From Gammaproteobacteria bacterium (lineage in GTDB: Bacteria; Pseudomonadota; Gammaproteobacteria; UBA4575): DNA of 64,000 bases. Positions 10,569 through 20,545 of the stretch are shown in pieces. Every line of letters begins with the position of its first letter. Position 1 is the stretch's first letter. Position numbers and translations under genes: made by a program. The notes beneath the pieces are model-generated. The model saw only the letters and a list, made by a program, of their open reading frames with translations, was not told the origin of the DNA and did not search any database. Where the stretch lies: contig CBDCUI010000009.1 of NCBI GenBank assembly GCA_965222615.1, positions 480,001 to 544,000 of the forward strand, in the 5' to 3' direction.

Positions 10569-11402
10569 TTAAGCTCTACTTGTGAAAAACAACCATTCCA
10601 TAATTGATTCTCTAAATTCTCCAATTAAAGATTTTTTAGTTGCAAGGTCATAGTCATCAATCTCAGGATATCTATATGTTTTTGCTTTTTTAATATCATC
10701 TATCGATTCTACAACTTGACAATCATGCGTGGCTGAAAAGATATTGCATAAATAAGTAGAAATTTCGATGTCAAAACAGTCATGACTCTCTATCAAGAAA
10801 TCATGATGACGAAAACAATTCACAACTTCAGAGTCAAAAATTTTCTTTTCACAACCTTCACAATCACAAATTATTAATGCTTTTTTTATGATAGGTAAGT
10901 TTAAAAGGCTACTCTTGGTACAGGCACCTGCAATTGTAGTTATATTATCAATACCATTCAATTTAGCCATTTGATTACATAGTTTTATCGCATTTTCATC
11001 TATATCAAATGCGTATACTTTTACATCAGGAATTAGCAGGCTTAAACCAACCGCGTAATAACCTTCAGCACAGCCAATATCTATAACTTCTGTGTATTTA
11101 GTCTTACATATGTGTTTTATAACTTGATGCAACTCACGTTCATAACATCCTAGCAATTTTGGAAAAAGTGCACTGCCTTTAGATTTAACATCAGGATATT
11201 TCATCCCCTTAAAAGGACCATGTTTTACGTTCAGGGACGGAAAATACGCTTGAAGCGAATTATTTATATTTTTTCTTCGAATATAACGCTCTCTATCTTT
11301 ATCAAGGTATCTTGCCAAAGGCAAAACAAAGTGGTCAAGCAAAAACCATGTTACAGAATTTCTAGCAAATGGTCTTAGTATCTTTTTTACAAGCTTATTC
11401 AA
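10569..11402 (-). CDS. Class I SAM-dependent methyltransferase (FkbM-like, probably glycan O-methylation)
   Basis: VIDIGCAEGYY SAM motif, PKLLGCYEREL, ICDCEG; TTG start. Confidence 0.75.
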   Translation of the reverse strand: MNKLVKKILRPFARNSVTWFLLDHFVLPLARYLDKDRERYIRRKNINNSLQAYFPSLNVKHGPFKGMKYPDVKSKGSALFPKLLGCYERELHQVIKHICKTKYTEVIDIGCAEGYYAVGLSLLIPDVKVYAFDIDENAIKLCNQMAKLNGIDNITTIAGACTKSSLLNLPIIKKALIICDCEGCEKKIFDSEVVNCFRHHDFLIESHDCFDIEISTYLCNIFSATHDCQVVESIDDIKKAKTYRYPEIDDYDLATKKSLIGEFRESIMEWLFFTSRA

Positions 11403-11471
11403 AACTAGATTTTAAACATTCCTAATCCCTACCATTTTAAAACTAAAACCAAATAATTAAACTTTTTTATT

Positions 11472-11488
11472 CTTAAGCTATTTTTAAG
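11472..11488. promoter_or_regulatory. Candidate OmpR/PhoB-family direct-repeat box (PmrA-box-like)
   Basis: CTTAAG-CTATT-TTTAAG (TTAAGCTA repeated at 11-bp period) in the divergent region between the methyltransferase and MBOAT genes; AT-rich context lowers significance. Confidence 0.3.
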
Positions 11489-11591
11489 CTAACTTTAGTA
11501 AAATCTTTACTCGATTTTGAATAAAAAGAACACCATAAGCGCGTTTTTTATCGCATCTTCTATATAGAAGATTTTCCAAAGCACTTACATT

Positions 11592-13127
11592 TTGCTATTC
11601 CCCTCGTTCATTTTTATATTTTTATTTTTGCCGATTTGTTTAATTGGCTACTATCTACTTGCCCATCTAAACAAATACTATTTTGCAATAACATGGTTAA
11701 TAATTTGTTCACTTATTTATTATGGATGGTGGAATCCTAAATATATAGTTCTGATTTTATTATCTACAATAATAAACTACTGTTTTGGTACTATTTTAGA
11801 CAGTGAAAAAAAATCCAAAATAATATTGGCAGTAGGCATTACTCTCAACTTAGCTGTACTAATTTATTACAAATATACAAATTTCATTGTCGAAAATATT
11901 AATTATGTTTTTGAAACATCGCATATCACAACAAACATAGTATTGCCTATTGCGATATCATTTTTTACTTTTCAACAAATCACCTATTTAGTAGATTCGT
12001 ATAAAAATCAAGTAAACGATAAAAGCTTTATAAGATACGTACTATTTGTAACATTTTTCCCACAACTCATTGCTGGACCTATTGTCCACCATAAAGAAAT
12101 GTTGCAACAATTTACTCGTAATCTCATATCTAATATAAATATTACAAACATAACAATCGGAATTGTCATTTTTACGATAGGTCTAAGTAAAAAGGTAATA
12201 TTTGCTGACCGATTTGCAGAATTTGCTAATCCTGTTTTTCTCGCAGCCCAAGATGGATTACCGCTTGACTTTTTTGCCGCATGGATTGGTGCTCTTTCGT
12301 ATACACTGCAACTGTATTTTGATTTCAGCGGTTATGCCGATATGGCTATTGGAATTGCATTAATGTTTGGCATAAAACTACCACTCAATTTTAACTCACC
12401 ATATAAGGCGTTAAGTATTATTGAGTTCTGGCGTCGCTGGCATATGACATTGTCACGATTTCTACGCGATTATCTTTATATACCTTTAGGTGGTAATCGG
12501 AAAGGTAAATTTAGACGTTATGTAAATCTACTGATTACTATGCTACTAGGAGGGATTTGGCATGGCGCAGGTTGGACATTCTTAGTTTGGGGCGCTCTAC
12601 ATGGTATATATTTATGTATCAATCATACTTGGCAAAAGATTGCGCCCTGCTTACCCATTTCAAAAATTCCTCAGTACGTTATGAAACCTATATATGGTTT
12701 CATCACATTTATGGCCATTGTATTAGGTTGGGTTATATTCAGAGCTGATTCATTGCCAACCGCAGGTGTTTTTTTTGATGGAATGTTAGGAACTAATGGC
12801 GTAGTTATACCAGCCAAATATCATACTCGAATGGGTGATCTTGCAAATTTATTTACTCAGCTGGGTATTCAATTTGAACATGGGAGCTTATTTAAAGGCA
12901 CGAAACAATTGCAGTTAATCTTTAGTGGATTGCTTATTGTCTGGATTTTACCGAATACTTATTCCTTATTACGAAATTATCAAATTACTACAACTGATCT
13001 AAAAATCACGCCCTCTAAACTCGCATTTTCTACTAATCTTTTTTGGTTAGTTTTCATTAGTATATTAGCTATCTACTCAATATTAGACATGGAAAAAATT
13101 AATGAATTCATCTATTTCCAATTCTAA
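11592..13127 (+). CDS. MBOAT family O-acyltransferase (AlgI/PatA/DltB-like)
   Basis: LPIAISFFTFQQI, FFPQLIAGPI, YFDFSGYADMAIG, FWRRWHMTLS, GIWHGA, terminal FIYFQF. Confidence 0.93.
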   Translation: MLFPSFIFIFLFLPICLIGYYLLAHLNKYYFAITWLIICSLIYYGWWNPKYIVLILLSTIINYCFGTILDSEKKSKIILAVGITLNLAVLIYYKYTNFIVENINYVFETSHITTNIVLPIAISFFTFQQITYLVDSYKNQVNDKSFIRYVLFVTFFPQLIAGPIVHHKEMLQQFTRNLISNINITNITIGIVIFTIGLSKKVIFADRFAEFANPVFLAAQDGLPLDFFAAWIGALSYTLQLYFDFSGYADMAIGIALMFGIKLPLNFNSPYKALSIIEFWRRWHMTLSRFLRDYLYIPLGGNRKGKFRRYVNLLITMLLGGIWHGAGWTFLVWGALHGIYLCINHTWQKIAPCLPISKIPQYVMKPIYGFITFMAIVLGWVIFRADSLPTAGVFFDGMLGTNGVVIPAKYHTRMGDLANLFTQLGIQFEHGSLFKGTKQLQLIFSGLLIVWILPNTYSLLRNYQITTTDLKITPSKLAFSTNLFWLVFISILAIYSILDMEKINEFIYFQF

Positions 13128-13141
13128 CTTATAAAACATAA

Positions 13142-14422
13142 ATGAATATAAATTCAAATGAAAAATTGTTCATCATGCTTTTCTTTTCCTTATTTTTAAC
13201 ATCGCTGATTACTGTTTTTGTAATAAATTACGCTATAGATCCTTATGCAATTTTTTCTCACCAAAATTCTGTAGATGGTGGCAAATGGAACCCACGTAAA
13301 CAAGTTCGCTTTGATCGTGTTTATTATGTTGCAAATAATAACTTCGATGGCCTAGTGTTAGGCAGCTCAAGGTCAGAATTAGGCATCGATATTAGACATT
13401 CTGCCTGGAATGGTTTAAATACTTTAAATATGGGAATGCCACTGATGTCACTTTTTGAAGAACATCGATTTATAATGCACGCAAATACAAATAATAGACT
13501 TAAACAAGTCTTAGTCGGATTAGATTTTTTTGCTTTTTCACCTATTCAAAATATACGCGACTCATTAACTGAATCAGCTTTATTGACTAACTCACATGGG
13601 GAAAAGAGAAATAAATTACTATCTAAGTTTACTTTTATTGTTAAATATTGCCTTTCTGGCGATATACTCGATAAGAGTATTAATAAATTAGTATTTATTT
13701 TAAATAAGAATAAAAATATTAAATTAGATCATACAAATTTAAATAACCAATCAAACAATGCTATCGATGTATTTGTAGATAGTGAAATTGGCTTTTTTGG
13801 AAATGATAGCTTATGGTTTCCCTTGCATGAGCACTGCTATGCTAAAAATCATCCATTAACTAATAAAACAGGTATAGATATTTTTGAAGATTTTATACAT
13901 TACATTCATAAAAATAAAATAAATACACATTTTTTCATATCACCGCTACATGTACGCATGTATATCGGGTTACAAGGAATTGGGCTATGGGACGAGTATG
14001 GGCAATGGAAAAAAGCCATGGTATACAGCAACGAAAAAATTGCAAAACTATATAATAGAGCCCCCATTCCTCTATGGGACTACTCAATTATCAATCAATA
14101 TAATACTGAACCAGTCCCTATAGAAACAGACTATAAAAATACTAAATTAAAGTGGTTTACTGATTCATCCCATTATAGCAAGTCTTATGGCAATATAATT
14201 CAAGACCAAATATTTAAATTACAAAATGAAGGTCCGGGAATATTGCTTACAAGCGATATTATTGATTCACATTTACAAAAAGAAAGATCAAAACTTTATA
14301 AGTTTATACAAGAGAATACGGAAATTGTTAGTGGTATTCGGAAATTTTTAGAAATTCAAAAAACATTAGATTTAGATAATAAATCTAATCGATTTACTAA
14401 TTCAAATCTTGAATGCATATAA
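13142..14422 (+). CDS. Membrane-anchored SGNH-like partner of the MBOAT (putative periplasmic O-acetyltransferase)
   Basis: N-terminal TM helix followed by IDPY; LGSSR (Ser nucleophile) and DSSH (DxxH) motifs; 14 bp downstream of the MBOAT. Confidence 0.6.
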   Translation: MNINSNEKLFIMLFFSLFLTSLITVFVINYAIDPYAIFSHQNSVDGGKWNPRKQVRFDRVYYVANNNFDGLVLGSSRSELGIDIRHSAWNGLNTLNMGMPLMSLFEEHRFIMHANTNNRLKQVLVGLDFFAFSPIQNIRDSLTESALLTNSHGEKRNKLLSKFTFIVKYCLSGDILDKSINKLVFILNKNKNIKLDHTNLNNQSNNAIDVFVDSEIGFFGNDSLWFPLHEHCYAKNHPLTNKTGIDIFEDFIHYIHKNKINTHFFISPLHVRMYIGLQGIGLWDEYGQWKKAMVYSNEKIAKLYNRAPIPLWDYSIINQYNTEPVPIETDYKNTKLKWFTDSSHYSKSYGNIIQDQIFKLQNEGPGILLTSDIIDSHLQKERSKLYKFIQENTEIVSGIRKFLEIQKTLDLDNKSNRFTNSNLECI

Positions 14423-14497
14423 ACTGTTTTTTATCATTTACAAAACACACCCAAAATATCAGTATTATTTAATGGGATTATTTCTTATACACTATTA

Positions 14498-15577
14498 TTA
14501 GTCAATTTGGCCATAATATGAATTATATAAACTGGTCATTGCATCATCTATTGTTTGCTGTAGATTATTTGGAAACTTTTTTAAATTAACCTTATTTAAT
14601 AGATTTTCAAATTCATACGGGTGGTTTTGTCTGAAACTAAGCAGAGATTTTCCTATCATTTCTTCTTTAATAGCGCTCCAATATGGATCTTTATAATTAT
14701 AACTCGCATATTTTAGCTCTTTATATAATCTACGCAGCGTTTTATCTAAAAATAATGCTTCAATTTTACACTTTAACCTAAAAACAGGCTCAGGTTTTGG
14801 TCTTGATATATTAAGTCTGTAATATTCGTTTATAGCCTCCTCATTTAAATAACGTCCCTTAAATTTTTCAAGCCATTTAATAATTATACTCCTATAAACA
14901 AATTTACGACGCCAATAATGGTGCACTATATCATTTTGATCTATAAGAGAAATATTTTTCCATTTAATTGCTATAGATAATGAAAATTCTTCAATTGCAA
15001 ACACTTCCCCTGAAGACTTATATACCTCATCGATAATTTCAATTGTATCTTTAAGCACTCCTTTATAATTTTTACTTAACCCTATTATTCCAGAATTTAA
15101 ATACTCATGCTTATCATTTATATGATATTTGTGAGAAAGGTACAAATTACACGACTCATATGCTTCTGTTTTGCAAACAACTCTCCAACTTAAAATTTTA
15201 TCTACTAGAATCACTTTATCATTTACAAGATCAAATAATAGGCTTGGACATTTCTTAAAAAAAGTGTCTGTATCGATTAATATATTTTTTTCATAACCAT
15301 TCAAAACAGACAACAATGCACACGGCTTGCAACGATGATTATAATTATCTGGTCCAACCCATTCTTTTATAATTTTTTCATCGATTACGACTATATTGAT
15401 TGGTAATTTAGAAAAGTGATTTGGAGTATCTGTTATAACAGTCATAACGAAATTATTTCGTTCTGTTCTGTATATGGCACTTAAGATGCTAAATGTTGCT
15501 TCTGATCTATATTCAATAGAACCACCATAAACTAACCAAACGAGTTGATTTGAAGGTTCAGAATTTTGCTTCAACAT
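14498..15577 (-). CDS. Putative nucleotide-diphospho-sugar transferase-like (GT-A fold) protein
   Basis: VITDTP, ILIDTDT (DxD), LNSGIIG, HHYW motifs; ATG at 15577 overlaps the 3' end of the response regulator. Confidence 0.55.
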   Translation of the reverse strand: MLKQNSEPSNQLVWLVYGGSIEYRSEATFSILSAIYRTERNNFVMTVITDTPNHFSKLPINIVVIDEKIIKEWVGPDNYNHRCKPCALLSVLNGYEKNILIDTDTFFKKCPSLLFDLVNDKVILVDKILSWRVVCKTEAYESCNLYLSHKYHINDKHEYLNSGIIGLSKNYKGVLKDTIEIIDEVYKSSGEVFAIEEFSLSIAIKWKNISLIDQNDIVHHYWRRKFVYRSIIIKWLEKFKGRYLNEEAINEYYRLNISRPKPEPVFRLKCKIEALFLDKTLRRLYKELKYASYNYKDPYWSAIKEEMIGKSLLSFRQNHPYEFENLLNKVNLKKFPNNLQQTIDDAMTSLYNSYYGQID

Positions 15578-16229
15578 AGTAACCAAAACCACGTCTTGTT
15601 TTAATAGGAGGGTCTACGCCAAGCTGTTTTATTTTTTTTCTAAGATTACTGACAATTACTTCAACGACATTGCTACAAACATATGACTCTTCATCATAGA
15701 GTATTTCCTCTAATTGGTTTTTTGAGATAACACGCCCTCTAGATAAAATGATATATTCCATCACTTTGTATTCACTAGGTGTTAATTGAACATCGCATCC
15801 CATGCATTCTACTTTCTTAGTAGAAGTACATATTGTTACATTCCCTAGACTGATTTCCTTTTTTTCATCTAAAATTTTACGTTTAGCTAAAGTTTTTAAT
15901 CGAGCTATAAATTCATTAAACGTAAATGGAACAACAATATAATCATCAACCCCTGCCTCCAAGCATCTCACACGATCTTCGAGTTGGGCATCTGTTGATA
16001 GAATTAATATCTTTATGTTTTGATTTCGATGTCGAATTTTATGAAGAATACCAAAGTTACAATTTTTAAGTATGTTTACATCCGTAACAAGTATGTCGTA
16101 ATTATTAATTGCATCATATGAAATTACTTCATCTTTTTGATCTACTATATCTATACTAAACCCAAAATAACTCAAATTTTTTTGCAAAGGGTTAACAAAA
16201 GAAGAACTTTCGACAAGTAAAACCTTCAT
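15558..16229 (-). CDS. OmpR/PhoB-family response regulator with atypical receiver domain
   Basis: REC plus winged helix (LTPSEY, SNVVEVIVSNLRKK, IKTRRGFGY); acidic pocket reads VESSS and the conserved Lys is Val (DDYIVVPF). Confidence 0.88.
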   Translation of the reverse strand: MKVLLVESSSFVNPLQKNLSYFGFSIDIVDQKDEVISYDAINNYDILVTDVNILKNCNFGILHKIRHRNQNIKILILSTDAQLEDRVRCLEAGVDDYIVVPFTFNEFIARLKTLAKRKILDEKKEISLGNVTICTSTKKVECMGCDVQLTPSEYKVMEYIILSRGRVISKNQLEEILYDEESYVCSNVVEVIVSNLRKKIKQLGVDPPIKTRRGFGYYVEAKF

Positions 16230-16308
16230 CGGTTACTAGATATATTTACAAAGTTTTAATAATTTTGAATATTGAATGTATATAATAAAATGAGTTCCAT
16301 CATGAATA

Positions 16309-16324
16309 ATTACCAAATGGTCAT
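16309..16324. promoter_or_regulatory. ATTACC-N4-GGTAAT-type palindromic box
   Basis: ATTACCAAATGGTCAT, about 80 bp upstream of the atypical response regulator. Confidence 0.6.
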
Positions 16325-16420
16325 TTTAAGGTTAGGTAATAATATTTGATGAAGCTCTGAATATGTATTGCAATAAAAGGACGATAACTAGGTAAGATAA
16401 GCTGAAATAACTTATATAAG

Positions 16421-17554
16421 CTAAAATTCTATGGATAACTGTGCAGCAATTAAATCGCGGTCATCCAAATCTTCTGAATTAGCTTTTAAAATATAGTCAT
16501 CTTTATATTCTGCATGTAGATATTCTGCTGACACTGTTACGTTTTTTGAAAAACGCCAAGTTCCAGAAATTCCATATTGCCTTCTTGGTTGATCTGCAAA
16601 CTCATCGCTTTGTTCCATGCGAACTGCTAGTTGTGTGAAATATGTAGGAAAATATGCGAGTTCAAAATTATAGGCAAACGGTTTATCAGAATTTCTATCT
16701 AGCTCTGTAAATCCTCGGTTCGCCTGGACCAGCTCTGCTGTAAGTTCAAATTTATTAAACCCGGCAAGTATGTATGCATTCCATGCCGAAACTCGTTTTT
16801 CATAAACATCATTTTCATCCCCAAGAAAACGTTCATCACTTTCTGCAAGATCTGATAGATATCCAATTCCTAGTCTTAACGCTTCACTTTCAGAACTAAA
16901 ATTAATGCCTGCACCCCAATCATAGTCATTATTCCTATTTAATTTTTTTGCTTCACTCTTTAAAACGAATCCGGTTATTTCAAGCGATTCTGAAAACGAA
17001 TAATCTACAACAGCCGCATCTTTTCTAGCCTCTCCAAATTCAATAAGCGGCCCAGTTATAAAGTGACTATAATATTCACCAAAAGGCACTGTAAGTTTGC
17101 CCACTTCAATTTCAAAATTGTCAAATTCCATATTCAAGAATGCTTCATCAATTTTAGAATGATGATGATCCCCATTTTCTGTTTCAAAAACGACTTCAGC
17201 TGTAAGCCAATCAAAAATACTGGCATCTAAGCCTAACTGTATGGTCGAAACTAAACGTCTGTAATCCTTATCCTTTTCGTTACTGCTGAAATTATTCTCT
17301 ATAAATTCTTTTTCTAGCTCCAATAACCCTGAAACTTTCAACCAATCCGTTAGCTGCCTGCCGACACCTGCTTCACGCCTCTCTTCGGGATTACGATAAA
17401 TTCTTACTTCTTCTTGATAACTACCACTGTGTTTTTGGCCATTGGAATTATCAGTTTCAGCGACTGAAATAGCTGGAATTATGAACAAAATGAGTAATAT
17501 ATTTCTCATATAATTTACTGCTTTAATTCGATTTAAAGAATCGAAGGCCATCAT
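16421..17554 (-). CDS. LbtU-family outer-membrane porin (putative metal/siderophore uptake)
   Basis: Signal peptide; VSGLLELE, IDEAF, GKLTVPFGEYYSHFITGPL; alternating beta-strands and C-terminal Phe (QLSIEF). Alternative start at 17509. Confidence 0.7.
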   Translation of the reverse strand: MMAFDSLNRIKAVNYMRNILLILFIIPAISVAETDNSNGQKHSGSYQEEVRIYRNPEERREAGVGRQLTDWLKVSGLLELEKEFIENNFSSNEKDKDYRRLVSTIQLGLDASIFDWLTAEVVFETENGDHHHSKIDEAFLNMEFDNFEIEVGKLTVPFGEYYSHFITGPLIEFGEARKDAAVVDYSFSESLEITGFVLKSEAKKLNRNNDYDWGAGINFSSESEALRLGIGYLSDLAESDERFLGDENDVYEKRVSAWNAYILAGFNKFELTAELVQANRGFTELDRNSDKPFAYNFELAYFPTYFTQLAVRMEQSDEFADQPRRQYGISGTWRFSKNVTVSAEYLHAEYKDDYILKANSEDLDDRDLIAAQLSIEF

Positions 17555-17565
17555 CTTTTCTCCAG

Positions 17566-17581
17566 ATTATCATATGGTAAT
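17566..17581. promoter_or_regulatory. ATTACC-N4-GGTAAT-type palindromic box
   Basis: ATTATCATATGGTAAT in the divergent porin / response regulator intergenic region. Confidence 0.55.
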
Positions 17582-17732
17582 CTTCCATCTTAGGAATTGC
17601 ACTAAGGTTATCAGTATTTCAAAGATAGCTTTGTGAGACTCTTCTCTTGGTAAGGCTATGTATGTGTATGGCTTAAAGTAATGCTTTTTTACTATGACAT
17701 GCTGCAATATAAGCTGAAGGTTTTAATGTTTT

Positions 17733-18413
17733 ATGAAAATCTTACTAGTTGAGGATGACCAAGTAATCGCTAATTTCATTCAAAAAGGAATGAAAGAGGC
17801 AGGCTTTGCAATTGAACATATGCCAGATGGTCAAACTGGTTTAAGTGCTGCATTAAACCATGCATATGATCTAGCGATTATTGATTTAATGTTACCTAAA
17901 CTAGATGGCCTATCCATTATTGATCGACTTCGTGAAAAGAAAATAAATCTTCCCATCATTATATTAAGTGCAAAACGAACGGTTGATGATCGAATTGATG
18001 GCCTACAACATGGCAGTGATGATTATATTACTAAGCCGTTTTCTTTTAGCGAATTATTAGCGCGGGTAGAAGCATTATTACGAAGATCCAAAAATACTGT
18101 TGAACCAACAAGTTTAAGTATTAGTGATCTTTCACTAGATTTGTTAGCACGTACAGTAGTTAGAGATAATAAAAAAATTGACCTTCAGCCTAAAGAGTTT
18201 GCTTTGCTCGAATATCTAATTCGCAATTCAGGCCATGTCGTTTCAAAAACCATGATAATGGAGCGTGTGTGGAATTATGATTTTGATCCAGGCACAAATG
18301 TTGTTGAAGCTCGCATAAGTAAACTTAGAGAAAAAATAGATAAAGGATTTAAGTTTCCTTTAATTCATACGGTCAGAGGCTTGGGATATGTTCTCAAAGA
18401 AAGAGATGTTTAA
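17733..18413 (+). CDS. OmpR-family response regulator (CusR/CopR-like)
   Basis: MKILLVEDD, DLMLPKLDG, DDYITKPF, KEFALLEYL, VWNYDFDPGTNVVE, HTVRGLGY. Confidence 0.92.
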   Translation: MKILLVEDDQVIANFIQKGMKEAGFAIEHMPDGQTGLSAALNHAYDLAIIDLMLPKLDGLSIIDRLREKKINLPIIILSAKRTVDDRIDGLQHGSDDYITKPFSFSELLARVEALLRRSKNTVEPTSLSISDLSLDLLARTVVRDNKKIDLQPKEFALLEYLIRNSGHVVSKTMIMERVWNYDFDPGTNVVEARISKLREKIDKGFKFPLIHTVRGLGYVLKERDV

Positions 18414-19806
18414 GCTGCCTAACACACTCTCATTTCGCCTAACACTCTGGTACGCATCAACCTTTATATTCATACTCCTAGTAGCGTTAGGAATTTTGTA
18501 TTTTATGATTAATACTACGCTTAACCATCGTATGGATGATGACCTTATCGAAGATGTTGAAGAATTTAGAACTCTTTATCAAAAAGGAGGTTACTCAGAA
18601 CTCCAACACGAGATAGAAAATGAAGCTTTAACTGATGACATGAGCGAAGAGTTCATTCGATTATTAGACTTAAAAGGAAATGAGTTATTTTCATCAGATT
18701 TATCACATTGGAGTGGGATGCACACAATTGAATCCACTCTTGAGCGTGCCATTGCATCTGACCCTGAACCGATCTTGGAAACAGTACAATTTCCTAACCA
18801 AGAAGCCAAAACGCGAATTGTTTATGGTCTCGTTACACCAGACATTATGCTACAGCTTGGCGAATCTCTTGAAGAAATAAATGAAATTATGGAGCTTTTA
18901 TCTCTAGTTTTTATACCATTATTTCTAATCGTAATACCAATAGCTACCTTTGCAGGTTGGAAAATTGCCAGGTATTCAACTAAGGGCATAGAAAAAGTTA
19001 GTTTTGCTGCAGCTGAATTACAAAAAGGAGATTTCGATTATCGTGTATCGATTCGTTCGCAAACAGATGAAATCCAGACTTTAGTCGATACGTTCAATAG
19101 TATGGCTGAGCGCATTCGTAACCTAATTACTGAAATGAGAGAGATGATTGATAATATCGCCCATGATCTTCGTAGCCCGCTAGGACGTATACGAGCATTC
19201 TCTGAAAGCGCTTTGTCCGGTTCAAACTCCGCTGAGGAATACAAATCTGCCGCCGCAAACACATTAGAAGAATGTGATCGTCTTATCCAAATGATAAACA
19301 CGACTCTCGATGTAGCCGAAGCCGATGCAGGTGTTGCAAACAATAAAAAAGAATGTATTGACCTTTCAAAAGTCGTTGAAGATGCTTGTGAACTTTTTGA
19401 ACCTGTTGCAGAAGAAAAAAATATAAAATTTTCATGGGAAATTATGCCTAGTCGCCAAATTTTAGGTAATAAACAAAATATTCAAAGAATGCTGTCTAAT
19501 CTATTGGATAATGCTATAAAATACACGCCACCAAATGGAACTGTTAATGTCAATTTGTCCAATAACGATAAAGAAGTTCAAATAATTATTAACGATTCTG
19601 GAATTGGTATACCAGAATCTGATCAGAGTAGAGTCTTTGAAAGATTCTTTCGCTGCGATAACAGTCGAACAAATAGTGGTTGCGGACTTGGTTTAAGTTT
19701 GGCACAAGCAATCGCAAAGGCTCACAATGGCAACATCGAACTATCCAGTACTCCTAATAAAGGTAGTATATTTACAGTTATTATTCCCAAAACATCAAGC
19801 TTGTAA
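18406..19806 (+). CDS. HAMP-domain sensor histidine kinase (CusS-like)
   Basis: Two TM helices, HAMP, H-box IAHDLRSPL, N-box NLLDNAIKYT, DSGIGI, GLGLSLA; overlaps the regulator stop. Confidence 0.92.
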   Translation: MFKLPNTLSFRLTLWYASTFIFILLVALGILYFMINTTLNHRMDDDLIEDVEEFRTLYQKGGYSELQHEIENEALTDDMSEEFIRLLDLKGNELFSSDLSHWSGMHTIESTLERAIASDPEPILETVQFPNQEAKTRIVYGLVTPDIMLQLGESLEEINEIMELLSLVFIPLFLIVIPIATFAGWKIARYSTKGIEKVSFAAAELQKGDFDYRVSIRSQTDEIQTLVDTFNSMAERIRNLITEMREMIDNIAHDLRSPLGRIRAFSESALSGSNSAEEYKSAAANTLEECDRLIQMINTTLDVAEADAGVANNKKECIDLSKVVEDACELFEPVAEEKNIKFSWEIMPSRQILGNKQNIQRMLSNLLDNAIKYTPPNGTVNVNLSNNDKEVQIIINDSGIGIPESDQSRVFERFFRCDNSRTNSGCGLGLSLAQAIAKAHNGNIELSSTPNKGSIFTVIIPKTSSL

Positions 19807-19824
19807 ATTGTACTAAACCTTAAA

Positions 19825-19840
19825 ATTACCAATTGGTAAT
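19825..19840. promoter_or_regulatory. Perfect 16-bp palindromic box ATTACCAATTGGTAAT
   Basis: Read directly; about 100 bp upstream of ORF 19939. Confidence 0.65.
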
Positions 19841-19938
19841 GTATGTATTAGTGTCTCGTTAACTTAGCGCTGTATCTTCATGTCTAAGTAAATAACTTTA
19901 CTTTTATAAGAAAATCTCAAGAGTAAATAAACTAAGTT

Positions 19939-20370
19939 ATGAAATTAAAGCTCGCAAAGAATAAATTCACATATATAGAAGAGCTTGTACTAGAGCAATT
20001 TATCATTCGCAACAGGAGACATTCAGATTTAATTAAAGCTCAAATCAATCATGCCAAAATCGAATCTAGATCAATTTCCAAAGTAGGATTTATAACAAAT
20101 TTTTCTATCCCAGCGCATATTCCTACCTTAAATAGCTTGAATGCAAACAAAGCATTAGAAGTCTATGCAGACCACCCAGATGCTCTGGCCGGCGCAGGCT
20201 TTTTTCTTTGGTTTGAAGATGGAAAACTCAGCACACTTGAAGGCTATGTATTTATAGGCGACTGGCCTATAAATGAACTAAAATTTAGGATTATCACAAA
20301 GTACGATTCTTTATGTGGAGATCTTGTGAATTCTAAACATTTTACCAATTCCACTAACTGCTTTATATAG
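19939..20370 (+). CDS. Hypothetical protein
   Basis: 143-aa ORF with a GAGFFLWFEDGKLSTLEGY...WP segment that looks conserved; function not recognised. Confidence 0.6.
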   Translation: MKLKLAKNKFTYIEELVLEQFIIRNRRHSDLIKAQINHAKIESRSISKVGFITNFSIPAHIPTLNSLNANKALEVYADHPDALAGAGFFLWFEDGKLSTLEGYVFIGDWPINELKFRIITKYDSLCGDLVNSKHFTNSTNCFI

Positions 20371-20422
20371 CATTACTAAAAATTACCCACCAAACTAGGT
20401 TTAAAACTATAAATACGCTTAT

Positions 20423-20464
20423 ATTACAATTTGGTAAAAATATAAAACATTACCAATTGATAAT
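20423..20464. promoter_or_regulatory. Two tandem ATTACC-N4-GGTAAT-type boxes
   Basis: ATTACAATTTGGTAAA (20423-20438) and ATTACCAATTGATAAT (20449-20464), upstream of ORF 20546. Confidence 0.6.
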
Positions 20465-20545
20465 AAAACTATAAGTCTTAAGTAAGCTTGGTTGTGTAAG
20501 TTTCATTTGTGTAAAAACACATGAAATTTATGTTGGAGCATAGCC

